DNA from: a virus
Lineage: Duplodnaviria; Caudoviricetes
DNA length: 37,809 nt
Virus record (IMG/VR): IMGVR_UViG_3300011335_000533
Location: 1 to 37,809 of that record
Direction: 5' to 3' (one strand)
A program made the translations under genes and the position numbers. The notes under the pieces are model-generated. The model was not told the DNA's origin, did not search any database, and worked only from the letters and a program-made list of their open reading frames with translations. Positions 26,019 to 35,322 of the stretch are shown here, one piece after another (the first letter of the stretch is position 1; the number at the start of each line of letters is the position of its first letter).

Positions 26019-26263
26019 ATCTTTAGCCCGTGGTTTCGGAAGAAGTCAACAACCAGATAACCCAGGCCAAGGATAGCCGCCCAGATCAGACCGGCGAGTG
26101 TCTTCTCAATAATGGCCTTCCGCAGCCGCTCCATGTCGTTCTGCGCTTTGATGGCGTTCTTCACCCATGCTAGTTCTTCGGGCGAGAGGATGTTGTCCGA
26201 CCTGCGCTCACGCAAGACAGAGGTCAGTTCACTGACAAGCAGGGCGCGGTCTTCGGGTGTCAT
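26015..26263 (-). CDS. Small protein with C-terminal TM helix
   Basis: 82 aa, LAGLIWAAILGLGYLVV. Confidence 0.7.
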   Translation of the reverse strand: MTPEDRALLVSELTSVLRERRSDNILSPEELAWVKNAIKAQNDMERLRKAIIEKTLAGLIWAAILGLGYLVVDFFRNHGLKI

Positions 26264-28173
26264 CTTGAACTATCCATAATTTCAAAAGCGTTGGTGGCTT
26301 CTCTAGGAGGAGCAAGGGCATTGACAGCAGCAGCAGTAGCCGGTATGCGAAGTTTATTAACTGCTGCTGCTGTTCCAGCTTTTTTCGCGACTTTTATAGT
26401 CTCTTTTTCCAAAGCAGCTGCGACTATTTTTGGATCTAGCATTTCAGTGGCGATTTGAATAGCGAGTTCTCTATCAATTTTACCTTCAAAACGTGCAATG
26501 ATCGCGTTAGTCGCAGTTACTATGCGACTCAGTGGGTTAGGTATTCTACTGCTGCCCATCGCCGTTGTGATTGATTGAGTTGCGACATCCATAGCATTGG
26601 GACCAGCCTGAGCGCCCCTTTGAGCCATCATTTCTTGACGAGCGGTATTCGCAAGATCTTGACGCACTGACTCGACTTTCGCTATTTGATCAGGTGTTAG
26701 AACGTCCGATAAATTTTGATATCGAGGTGCATTGGTCAATGAGCGTTTCAAAGTACCCGGCGCATCCCGTACGGCACCAGCGAATGACGCAGCCCGTTGA
26801 CTTGCAGTATCATCAAGAGCGGGAATCAATTTGTCTCGAAGGTATTGCCCAACTTCCATTTGGTTAATAGGCTTGCTTTGTGCTGCGAATGTTGCACGTG
26901 CTACGTCATATTTTGGTGCGATTTCCTTGATGACAGCTAACAAATCCTCTTTGTTCATCATTAGTGTCTGCAAATCAGCTACATCTGCTGCAGCAGTGCC
27001 TCTAGCTTGTGTCGCGATCTGGCGGTCTAAGGCCTTCTTCATAAAATCTAGACCTTCAAGCGATCCGAAATTCGGGGTAGTGATGCTACGGTCAGCCGCC
27101 CATTTGATCGCATCTTTTTGCAGACTTTTCATAACAGGGCGTTCCATCAATTGCTGAATTTGTGGCTGTAATGCCGCCGCCATATTCTGGTCAATGCCTT
27201 CAACCATCGCTGCGTTATAATTCTGTGTAGCTGTGGTTCTGCGAAGTGTTTGAGCCGCTGCCATATCCGCTTTTGTCCCAGCGACTTGACCAAGTTGATT
27301 CGATCTCGCAACATTCCGAGCATCAGATCGGGCGAGATAATTAGTCGGAAGCACTCTCTCTGCACTGGCTTGTAGGGCGCTGAATTCAGGGCGACCCGCT
27401 GATACTGCGGCTTCACCCGCTGTTGGAAGACTGCCCGGTACAACTGGTACATTAGTACGTAACGCGTTAATGATTTCAGGTGCTTTTTCACCTGCTGCTG
27501 CCATATATGCCCGACCCTTGATAGCTGTAGGATTCGTAAAAGGCTCGATTAAAGTGCGATATGCCGCTTGACCAAGACCAGTGATGATTGGAGTTATCGC
27601 AGGAATCGCACCACCAAGTGCAGCGCCTATAACGGCTTGCTTTCCAGTCTCAGCGAGGCCGGGTGTCGCAGTCGGAGTAGTTGCACCGGCTCCCGCGCCC
27701 ACAGCGGTACCCTGGGCTATCCTACCCAGATATGAGGTCGCGGGAGCCACTCCGCGCAGCGCCAGACCCACGGTGCCCCCTCCTGCAGCGAGACCCGCGA
27801 GATCCACCCCCGTATCCCCGAGTGCGGCCATCCCACGCTTTTTCGACGCTTCATACTCGCCTATTTTATCAGCGAGATATTTACCGAGTACCGGGTCTTG
27901 ACCCATTTTCTCTGCAATGTAGTCACCGATATTAGCGCCTATTTGTGCCGCGCCTACTATAGGGGCGGCAGCGCCCGCAAGCACCCGCGTTGCGGGTAGC
28001 CCAGCGAAGATATCACCTGCAGATGCTCGGTCATATGCCGATTGCCCTTTTTGCGCAACGGGTATCTCAGCTGAAGCAGTACCTAAATAATCTACTAACC
28101 TTTTTACAGACTCAGTATCTCCAGAAGCATTGGCTTTACGTAATGCTTCGTAAACTTCAGTCATATCAGCCAT
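26260..28173 (-). CDS. Putative DNA ejection (internal virion) protein
   Basis: 637 aa, Ala/Gly-rich helical; third large ORF after the gp10-like gene. Confidence 0.6.
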   Translation of the reverse strand: MADMTEVYEALRKANASGDTESVKRLVDYLGTASAEIPVAQKGQSAYDRASAGDIFAGLPATRVLAGAAAPIVGAAQIGANIGDYIAEKMGQDPVLGKYLADKIGEYEASKKRGMAALGDTGVDLAGLAAGGGTVGLALRGVAPATSYLGRIAQGTAVGAGAGATTPTATPGLAETGKQAVIGAALGGAIPAITPIITGLGQAAYRTLIEPFTNPTAIKGRAYMAAAGEKAPEIINALRTNVPVVPGSLPTAGEAAVSAGRPEFSALQASAERVLPTNYLARSDARNVARSNQLGQVAGTKADMAAAQTLRRTTATQNYNAAMVEGIDQNMAAALQPQIQQLMERPVMKSLQKDAIKWAADRSITTPNFGSLEGLDFMKKALDRQIATQARGTAAADVADLQTLMMNKEDLLAVIKEIAPKYDVARATFAAQSKPINQMEVGQYLRDKLIPALDDTASQRAASFAGAVRDAPGTLKRSLTNAPRYQNLSDVLTPDQIAKVESVRQDLANTARQEMMAQRGAQAGPNAMDVATQSITTAMGSSRIPNPLSRIVTATNAIIARFEGKIDRELAIQIATEMLDPKIVAAALEKETIKVAKKAGTAAAVNKLRIPATAAAVNALAPPREATNAFEIMDSSR

Positions 28174-28175
28174 GA

Positions 28176-29705
28176 TTATTTCCTTTTTTGTGCGTCAATA
28201 ATGGCTTGAATATCGAAAGGGTGCGTCGCTGCTGCCCCAGGAATTTTCGGTTTTAAAGTTATTTTCGCACTATATGGGAACTTAACCCCGCGTGTTTCTG
28301 CATTAGACACCTCTATATTGTGCAAATCAACTTTAGTCCGTATTGAATCTCCAAAAGCATCAAGTACCCGGCCTAAAGCATTTGGGTCTGTGCCAAGATT
28401 TCCTAATGCTTCCTGCATAACAGCTTGCTGGGCTTGTGACGGCTGAGAATCAAGTTTCTTCAAGTTATCCAGAATACCGAAGAATAATCTCGATCGCAAT
28501 TCACTAGCATCAGTCACTCCCTTGGTATCGATTTTCGTCCCGAGGCGGTTATTCAAGAAACTAGCTGCTAGAAGTAATGGCTCCCCACCAGTACCCATAA
28601 ATCCTTTAGCTGTCGGTACAAGTGCTTTCGCTGCCTCGATATTATCCAATGTAGGTTGAGCATTTTTGAGTGCGTTGTACGTTACTCTTGTCTCTTGCAT
28701 GAATTCCTTTTGCGCTGTTTCACTTGCAGGAACAAAAGTATCTACTTTATTGCTAACATTTTGGCTTACATTGCTAGTCGATCTATCGACGCCGCCAGAA
28801 TACAATTTCCTTGTTTGTTTTCCATCTGTTCCAGTAACGTAAGTATATTGTTCATCAGTGTTTACATCTAGATAAACTGGATTTTTAGTTCCAGTTGCTA
28901 CGCCAATTACTTTTACAATTTCTGCTTTAGATTTATCTGATTGTTCTTTTAGCGTTTTGTTATATGCCGCTAAATTTTCAGGAGTGCCAGGTGGAGCAAT
29001 TGTTGCAGCGATAGCGCGAGCAATTCTGACTGGGTCTGGGTCTTGTCTATTTAACACCTCAATCTGTTTGTCAATACCATCTAGTGTGTTTTTAATCCTA
29101 GCAACGTCATCTGGAGTTTGCGGTCTTATTCTTTGTACTCTATTTCTTTGGTCAATCAAGTCTTGCAATTTACTTGCTGGCGCTACCGCTGGTGTTGGAG
29201 GTGGTGCAGCTGGTGCTGGTGCAATCGTTGCATTGGTTACAGTAGCAGCCGGTGCTTGCAGAGTCATTGTGTTAGCTACAGGCGCTGGCGTTGCTGTCAA
29301 ATCAGAAGGCAACTGAACTTGAGGCCCAGCAGCCATAGGCGTAGCCGCAGCAGGAGCGCCGCCCATAGCAGCGTTATAGGATTCATCTGATTGCATGGCC
29401 TTAAGCGCTTCAAAGCCAAGTTTTTCAATTTCTGGTACGCCAGAACTTATCATACCGGCAACGGTTTTTTTATTTAACTCAACTCCTCTTTCAGCTAATT
29501 TTTCACCAAACTGGGTTAAAAAAGCTGAACGTTTAGTTCGTTCTGAAACTACCCGTTGACGCTCAGTAGCTTTATCTAAAGCCTCTTGTCTGTTTAATTC
29601 ATTTTGGCTTTGATACTGTTGCATCTGCGCTAGTTTGTTGTACTGCGCTACCGGGTCAGGCATATTAAACTGAGCGCCTTGCGCTATCATTTCATTGAGG
29701 GCCAT
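28176..29705 (-). CDS. Putative DNA ejection (internal virion) protein
   Basis: 509 aa, Q-rich N-terminus, P/A linker; AAGGA RBS; synteny. Confidence 0.6.
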   Translation of the reverse strand: MALNEMIAQGAQFNMPDPVAQYNKLAQMQQYQSQNELNRQEALDKATERQRVVSERTKRSAFLTQFGEKLAERGVELNKKTVAGMISSGVPEIEKLGFEALKAMQSDESYNAAMGGAPAAATPMAAGPQVQLPSDLTATPAPVANTMTLQAPAATVTNATIAPAPAAPPPTPAVAPASKLQDLIDQRNRVQRIRPQTPDDVARIKNTLDGIDKQIEVLNRQDPDPVRIARAIAATIAPPGTPENLAAYNKTLKEQSDKSKAEIVKVIGVATGTKNPVYLDVNTDEQYTYVTGTDGKQTRKLYSGGVDRSTSNVSQNVSNKVDTFVPASETAQKEFMQETRVTYNALKNAQPTLDNIEAAKALVPTAKGFMGTGGEPLLLAASFLNNRLGTKIDTKGVTDASELRSRLFFGILDNLKKLDSQPSQAQQAVMQEALGNLGTDPNALGRVLDAFGDSIRTKVDLHNIEVSNAETRGVKFPYSAKITLKPKIPGAAATHPFDIQAIIDAQKRK

Positions 29706-29714
29706 GATTTATCC

Positions 29715-30587
29715 TTATGCTGTGTATGACGAGCGCCTAGATTCGCGCAAGATATCCATCATCTGGTTTGTGTTGTACTGCTGGTTAAGAGCGCCAAACA
29801 GATTATTGACCGAGTTGCCTGCACCCAAATAACCCGCACCAGTGGCTTGCCCAGCCTGACCCATCAAATTACCTACGTTTGTGCCCATGTTGCCCATTGC
29901 TGTGTTGGTGGCATTGGTGGCGTTAGTGCCGCCAACCATCAAATCACTAAGTGGCGCCAACTGATCGGCGCGGTTTTGACGATAGCGGTTGTAAGCGTTG
30001 CCAAACTCTTGTGACGCCGCTTCTTGCCCGTAGCGTCCTGCGGCTTTAAGCGCCGCGCCAGACATTAGCCCATCTCTAGCAGCGGCTTGTCGGTCAAGAG
30101 CCTTTAGCCCTTCACTCATGCGAAAGCCGTAGCCAGGGTCAGCTTGGAATTTGCTCATGTCAAACGGCTGAACAGCAGACCCGTAACCCATTGCGTTGGT
30201 GTTTGGCCCTAGTCCGACCAACTCACCATACCGAGTACGCGCCAGATTTCCAAGTGATTCAGCAGGCAGGTTACGCGCTGCCATTGAATTGTAGATGCGC
30301 TCTTGCAACGCCGCCGCACGGTCAGCAGCATCAACTTGTGCGCCAGCCGCGCGTGAGCCTGCATAGGCTTGCCCTAAACCACCAATAACTGACCCAGCAC
30401 CTTGCAAGAAACCTGGGCGTAGATAGAAAGGTGTGTCGCCACTTGAAACATCATTTGCAGCAGCAACGCCACCTTCGTATCCTTGCAAAGGATTAAAACT
30501 TGAGGCTGTATCAGCAGCTGCTGGACTAGATGAAAAATCTCCTAACCACTCTAACCAAGTAGATGGGTCTGTTAAACTAAATGCCAT
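29715..30587 (-). CDS. P22 gp7-like DNA transfer protein
   Basis: DPGYGFRMSEG...AAARDGLMSGAALKA...YGQ; G/A/N-rich; start revised to ATG 30587 (AAGGAG). Confidence 0.7.
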   Translation of the reverse strand: MAFSLTDPSTWLEWLGDFSSSPAAADTASSFNPLQGYEGGVAAANDVSSGDTPFYLRPGFLQGAGSVIGGLGQAYAGSRAAGAQVDAADRAAALQERIYNSMAARNLPAESLGNLARTRYGELVGLGPNTNAMGYGSAVQPFDMSKFQADPGYGFRMSEGLKALDRQAAARDGLMSGAALKAAGRYGQEAASQEFGNAYNRYRQNRADQLAPLSDLMVGGTNATNATNTAMGNMGTNVGNLMGQAGQATGAGYLGAGNSVNNLFGALNQQYNTNQMMDILRESRRSSYTA

Positions 30588-30601
30588 AATCGTTCTCCTT
30601 G

Positions 30602-31279
30602 TTACCCAACCACCCACGCCGTGCCATTGTCAAACACCGGGCAAACCACCGCACCACCGCCCACTGGAGCCGCTAGAAACGCTGGGGCTAAAGCATTAGT
30701 TACCCACGCCCTGCGGCCTTGCGTACCAGCTGCTGGCAAAGTTGCTACTGTGTAAGCAGCGCCCAGGCCATTGCCGCCATTTGCTACGGGGAGGATACCA
30801 GATACATTGGTTGTCAGGCTGGCAAAAGTCGTAGAAGTCGTACCCGTACCGCCATTGGCTATAGGTAGCGTCCCACTGACTTGAGTTGTCAGACTCACCC
30901 CACTAAGCGCACCGCCAAGGGTCAAACTGCCTGTTGTGGTAACCGTGCCGGTCAGGGTAATACCGTTGACTATGCCTGTGCCGCTTACGCTGGTTACGCC
31001 ACTGGATGCCACGGTAATCGTCCCGGCCCCATTGGTCACGGTAATGCCCGTGCCAGCCGTTAAGGTGTGCAAGGCGTAGCCCGTGCCGTCACCAATCAGC
31101 AACTGCCCATTGGTGGGGATTGTGCCCAGCCCCGTGCCGCCGTTGATGATTGGCGTGATGCCAAGGCCAGAGCCGGTGATGGTGTAGACGTTGTTGAGCC
31201 AACGAAACCATTGGGTCGTGATTTGCCCGTCTTGGGTAAAAGCAACCCGAGGCGCAGGGATTTGGGTGACGTTTGACAT
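30602..31279 (-). CDS. Tail needle/fibre-like protein
   Basis: ITTQWFRWL N-terminus, repeated GTLPIANGGTG; follows gp10-like gene. Confidence 0.6.
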   Translation of the reverse strand: MSNVTQIPAPRVAFTQDGQITTQWFRWLNNVYTITGSGLGITPIINGGTGLGTIPTNGQLLIGDGTGYALHTLTAGTGITVTNGAGTITVASSGVTSVSGTGIVNGITLTGTVTTTGSLTLGGALSGVSLTTQVSGTLPIANGGTGTTSTTFASLTTNVSGILPVANGGNGLGAAYTVATLPAAGTQGRRAWVTNALAPAFLAAPVGGGAVVCPVFDNGTAWVVG

Positions 31280-31280
31280 A

Positions 31281-32927
31281 CTAACTTGACGTTGGACTCA
31301 GCACCAACTCAGCGCCCATGATGACAATCTTTACCGGGTCAGTGCCGCTGACCTCGTAGACCCGATCTCTGGATGAGCCAAGCCGCCGCCAGAACGTGCG
31401 GTAGCCGTACTCACCAATTTTGCCCATGCTAGTCCAATGCTCGCTTGACCAAGTGTGACCGCTATCGTCGCTCCAACGCAACATGACTTGCGGGTCGTAG
31501 CCTGGTGTAGCCGGGAATTGCTCAGTGACAATCTCAGCGCCATCAATGTCTGGGCCACTGTAGGCAAAGGTCACCAAGGACTCAAACCCATCGCCTGCCT
31601 CAGTTGTAATCTCATCCCCGGCCTCAGTCACCAAATACTCCCAGTCAAACTCAGCAACGAGTTGGTAGCTTGGCCCGGCTGGTGGGACGTTTGCCAACTC
31701 GGTAATGATGCCATCAGCAGTTTGCTCTGGATATACGCCCAACCCTACGCCTGTCTCAGCGTCAAGTTGCAAGGTGTGATGTACGACTCGCTTAAGGTTG
31801 TTCTGGCCTGTTGGCAAGCCTCTCCATGAGCGCAGCCACTTTTGGATGCTGCCGTTGTCGGCGTACACATCCAAGTCAAAAGCGTAGATGTTGCCGTTAA
31901 GGTAGTCGCCCACCACAATTTGGCTGTTGAACGCCATCTGGCAGTTTGACCTGTGGCGCATAAACAAACCGCTGTCAAACCCAGCCCGTTCGTGCCACGC
32001 TTGGGTAGACACATCGTAGACCCAAGTAGCGTTGCCGGTTGGGAATGTCAGGACGTAGAAAGCATGGCCTTCTTGCTGGTAAGTGTAGGCAATGGCGTCA
32101 GAAATGTCGCCGTACTGGGCAATGGCGTACTCAATGGCGTGGGTGCTGATCCGAGTGCCGGTGTAGCCATTTGCCCGGTAGACGATGCCTTGGCCTCGCG
32201 CATCTGCGCCCAGCCAGAAGATGCCGTTGTCCAGCTTGGCAACAGAGAAGGCCGCAGCGCAGCCAATCTCATTAAACGCACCCTGGATGCGGGTCATGGG
32301 AAAGTCGGCAGCGCCAGAGTCGTACCAGACCTCAACCGAGTTAGTGCCAAACAGCCAAATTTGCCCGTGGTCAACAATCATGCTGACTACACCATCTGGC
32401 GAACCCTCGGCACTGGCAAAATCAAGCGGGTCAACTGATGAGCCGTCCAACAGTTGCGTCACCCAAAATATTTGGCTGTCTGGCTGGATGAAGACAAAGT
32501 AGCCATCCAAATAACCGACTATGGACGCACCAGCAAAGTCAACGTCTGTAATTTGAGCAAACACCGATGTGCTGCTGTTGTAAATGTAACCCGGCCCGTT
32601 GGCTGCAATAAACAACTGAGTGCCGTTGTCGCTCATGCTGACAGGCCCAGTACCTGCTACCGTGCCCCGCAAGGTGGCTACATAGGCCGTGGTGAGGCTG
32701 TAGAGTTCAGTGCCACTAACCACATAGCCAACGCCGTTAAACGTCCACAAGCCCCGTATTGGCCCTGTCCCAACCGTCACCAGCAAGTCAAGCCCAGGCG
32801 CCCGGTTCAAAAACCCGCCTGTCTGCCCTCCGTCTGGAATAACTTCTGGGAACAGGTTGACGCATCGATTATCTGCGGCATTTACTGACCTTGCGACATA
32901 GGCGCTGCCAAGGATGGGAGATTTCAT
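31281..32927 (-). CDS. P22 gp10-like tail hub / packaged DNA stabilisation protein
   Basis: DFASAEGSPD, WLFGTNSVEVW, YQQEGHAFY, MLRWSDDSGHTWS, WRRLG. Confidence 0.88.
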   Translation of the reverse strand: MKSPILGSAYVARSVNAADNRCVNLFPEVIPDGGQTGGFLNRAPGLDLLVTVGTGPIRGLWTFNGVGYVVSGTELYSLTTAYVATLRGTVAGTGPVSMSDNGTQLFIAANGPGYIYNSSTSVFAQITDVDFAGASIVGYLDGYFVFIQPDSQIFWVTQLLDGSSVDPLDFASAEGSPDGVVSMIVDHGQIWLFGTNSVEVWYDSGAADFPMTRIQGAFNEIGCAAAFSVAKLDNGIFWLGADARGQGIVYRANGYTGTRISTHAIEYAIAQYGDISDAIAYTYQQEGHAFYVLTFPTGNATWVYDVSTQAWHERAGFDSGLFMRHRSNCQMAFNSQIVVGDYLNGNIYAFDLDVYADNGSIQKWLRSWRGLPTGQNNLKRVVHHTLQLDAETGVGLGVYPEQTADGIITELANVPPAGPSYQLVAEFDWEYLVTEAGDEITTEAGDGFESLVTFAYSGPDIDGAEIVTEQFPATPGYDPQVMLRWSDDSGHTWSSEHWTSMGKIGEYGYRTFWRRLGSSRDRVYEVSGTDPVKIVIMGAELVLSPTSS

Positions 32928-32928
32928 G

Positions 32929-33999
32929 TTAGACGTAACTCGGATACCACTTGGTCGTACCAGAATCGTAGGTCATTGTCAATGCCCGACTAACTACAGC
33001 CGTTCCTGCCAAGGCAATATTGCCTGCGGTTGTCCAGGTAAAAGCGCCAGTAGGAATCAAAGTTATCGTACCGCCACCAGTGGTAAACGGGGCAATTGCA
33101 GTGATAGTTACTACGGCTGCTGTTCCAGAAATAAAAGTGATGTCTTTTGTTGGCGCAATCGTAGCTGCGCTTGCAATTGTTGTTGCTGCTGCCCTTGTGC
33201 CTGTGATTTCTGAGACTGCCAACGTGCCATTTATTGCTAAAGTTTGCGTTGCTGCGGTGGTGTTAAATGTGCCATACATCAACGAACTTGCTTTATCCCC
33301 TGCGGTGTTGGTGCGGTCTTGGTTGTTGATGTAGAAGGCGTTATCACTTGTTTCATAGGCTCCAGCAAAACGCCCAATTGCTACGTTGCTGCTTCCAATA
33401 GCGTTTGTTTTAAGCGCTTGGTCGCCAATTGCTACGTTATAGCTACCATTTACGTTTGTTACTAATGCTGATGTTCCCAGAGCCGTATTCCTTTGACCAG
33501 CAATATTTGCTTTTAAAACTTGAAAACCACCCGCAAAATTATGTTCCCCAATTGTGTTTACAAGTAGTGCTTGATAACCCACCCCAACATTAGAATTTCC
33601 GGAAATATTACCGTTTAAAACTTGATATCCAACGCTGGTATTTGTAGCAACTGCTGCTGTACCCAAACCAACTGTCATACCCTGCACAACTGCGCCGCCT
33701 GTCAGCGTGGAAACACCCGTTACGCCAAGAGTTGTACCAACAGTGGCTAAACCAGTGAGCGCAAGGCTTGTTCCTGTAGCTGCACCAAGCACAGGCGTCA
33801 CCATGACCATGCTGGTGCTGGTGCAGTTGCTAATGTTGCCGCTGGCTACTGTACCCAACACAGGCGTCACCATTGTCGGGCTGGTGAACAGCAATGTCTT
33901 GCTGATGCTTTTGGTTGTACCAGCTTGGACAAACGGAACAATATCGACAGCGTTGATGACGGTGGCAACGGGCAGAGCAGAGATGGCAACGGTAGTCAT
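32929..33999 (-). CDS. Tail fibre-like protein with YadA-head-like repeats
   Basis: ISALPVAT N-terminus; 14-aa repeats NTSVGYQVL/NVGVGYQAL/NTALGTSAL/NVAIGDQAL. Confidence 0.65.
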   Translation of the reverse strand: MTTVAISALPVATVINAVDIVPFVQAGTTKSISKTLLFTSPTMVTPVLGTVASGNISNCTSTSMVMVTPVLGAATGTSLALTGLATVGTTLGVTGVSTLTGGAVVQGMTVGLGTAAVATNTSVGYQVLNGNISGNSNVGVGYQALLVNTIGEHNFAGGFQVLKANIAGQRNTALGTSALVTNVNGSYNVAIGDQALKTNAIGSSNVAIGRFAGAYETSDNAFYINNQDRTNTAGDKASSLMYGTFNTTAATQTLAINGTLAVSEITGTRAAATTIASAATIAPTKDITFISGTAAVVTITAIAPFTTGGGTITLIPTGAFTWTTAGNIALAGTAVVSRALTMTYDSGTTKWYPSYV

Positions 34000-34001
34000 A
34001 A

Positions 34002-34715
34002 TTAAAAATTCCCAGCGTAAATGTTATAGCGTTGACGATTGGCGACTATGCCGTAAGGCATTGCCATCACATCGTCAGGGTTGTTGATGCGCTTGATGTT
34101 GCGCTTGGAGGTCATGGCAATTCGCTGAACTTGTGGGCTTGGCTCGACGCCAAACTCAGCGGCAAGTTCACAGGCTAGATTGAACCTAAAACATCGTAGA
34201 TAGCCTGGTGGGAATGACAACGTGGTCGCCAGCACTGCTGGCTGTGTCAATTCTTCAACCGATATGATGTGCCACTCTAGCGGCGAACTAGGAACAGGGT
34301 ACACCGTCATCGTAATGTCGGGATAACCCATGTTGACGTACAGCACCTGCGGGTAGGTGCTGGTTGTGTTTTTAACAGCAATGCCGTTGTACTGCTGCTC
34401 GTTGATTATTTTGATGCCATATGAAGTACCATTTGAGGTATCTTTGAAGTAGGTGGCATCGTCAACCAAAACAGGCCGGTTGCCAACAAAATTACCTGTT
34501 GGCCCTAACGTGCGTGTAGCTTGATTTACAGGCCAAGTAAACACTTGGTCTTGCGTGGTGAACACTGACAACCGCTCAGTGTTCCATGAGTCAATCATCT
34601 GATTGAGCGCCGACAGTGCGTCAGCAGATGTGGCGGCTGAAGGTGTCTCAGCCTCTGCCAACATACCAATGAGCCGCAACGCCCCGTTAATCTGGTCGCC
34701 AGCAGATGTGGTCAT
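34002..34715 (-). CDS. P22 gp4-like head-tail adaptor
   Basis: INGALRLIG...ALNQMIDSW, FNLACELAAEFG; synteny. Confidence 0.75.
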   Translation of the reverse strand: MTTSAGDQINGALRLIGMLAEAETPSAATSADALSALNQMIDSWNTERLSVFTTQDQVFTWPVNQATRTLGPTGNFVGNRPVLVDDATYFKDTSNGTSYGIKIINEQQYNGIAVKNTTSTYPQVLYVNMGYPDITMTVYPVPSSPLEWHIISVEELTQPAVLATTLSFPPGYLRCFRFNLACELAAEFGVEPSPQVQRIAMTSKRNIKRINNPDDVMAMPYGIVANRQRYNIYAGNF

Positions 34716-34717
34716 AC

Positions 34718-34903
34718 CTATGCTCCTGCGTCAATAACCTCAACTCGTGGCCTGCCACGGGGACGTTTCATTTCGTTCACCGTGACAGGCTCTGCATCTA
34801 CATCAAACCTCACCCAGCCGTTCTTTTCGTCATAAACGGCCTCTGCTTCCATGCAAGCAACTTTCGTCCCATGCACGGGGTGACGTAGGTAGATGACTGC
34901 CAT
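34718..34903 (-). CDS. Small protein with KRPRGRPR motif
   Basis: 61 aa; AT-hook-like RGRP. Confidence 0.7.
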   Translation of the reverse strand: MAVIYLRHPVHGTKVACMEAEAVYDEKNGWVRFDVDAEPVTVNEMKRPRGRPRVEVIDAGA

Positions 34904-35296
34904 TTAGCTTACCCGATAAAACACATATGTTGCATCCGCAGTGTGCCGGACACGCCATTGAGCCGAGGTCAAAGCGCTAACAGCAGCAACACCAACCAAG
35001 GTGCAACCAGTGTTAGCTGTAACAGTAGCAGCGTTTGTTCCGCCAGTATTGATAATGACAAAATCAAAAGAAGTGTCATTCTTCATATTGGAAAACGCAG
35101 CATCTAAAGCAGCACCAGTAGGTACAGTCAATGCAACGGCAGCGCCGGTGTAAGTGATGATACCCGTAGCTAATTCAGCGGCAGTCAGTGTGGCTGCTGC
35201 TGTTTTTGCAGTTGGAGTTGTTTGAACGACAAAGTTAATTTCGGTAAGGTTACCGTCGCCAAGCTGGTAACCACCAGCACCATTAGGAATAGCCAT
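34904..35296 (-). CDS. Putative capsid decoration protein
   Basis: A/T-rich 130 aa directly after coat; AAGGA RBS. Confidence 0.55.
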   Translation of the reverse strand: MAIPNGAGGYQLGDGNLTEINFVVQTTPTAKTAAATLTAAELATGIITYTGAAVALTVPTGAALDAAFSNMKNDTSFDFVIINTGGTNAATVTANTGCTLVGVAAVSALTSAQWRVRHTADATYVFYRVS

Positions 35297-35322
35297 GATA
35301 ATTTCCTTTTAAATGAGTTAGA

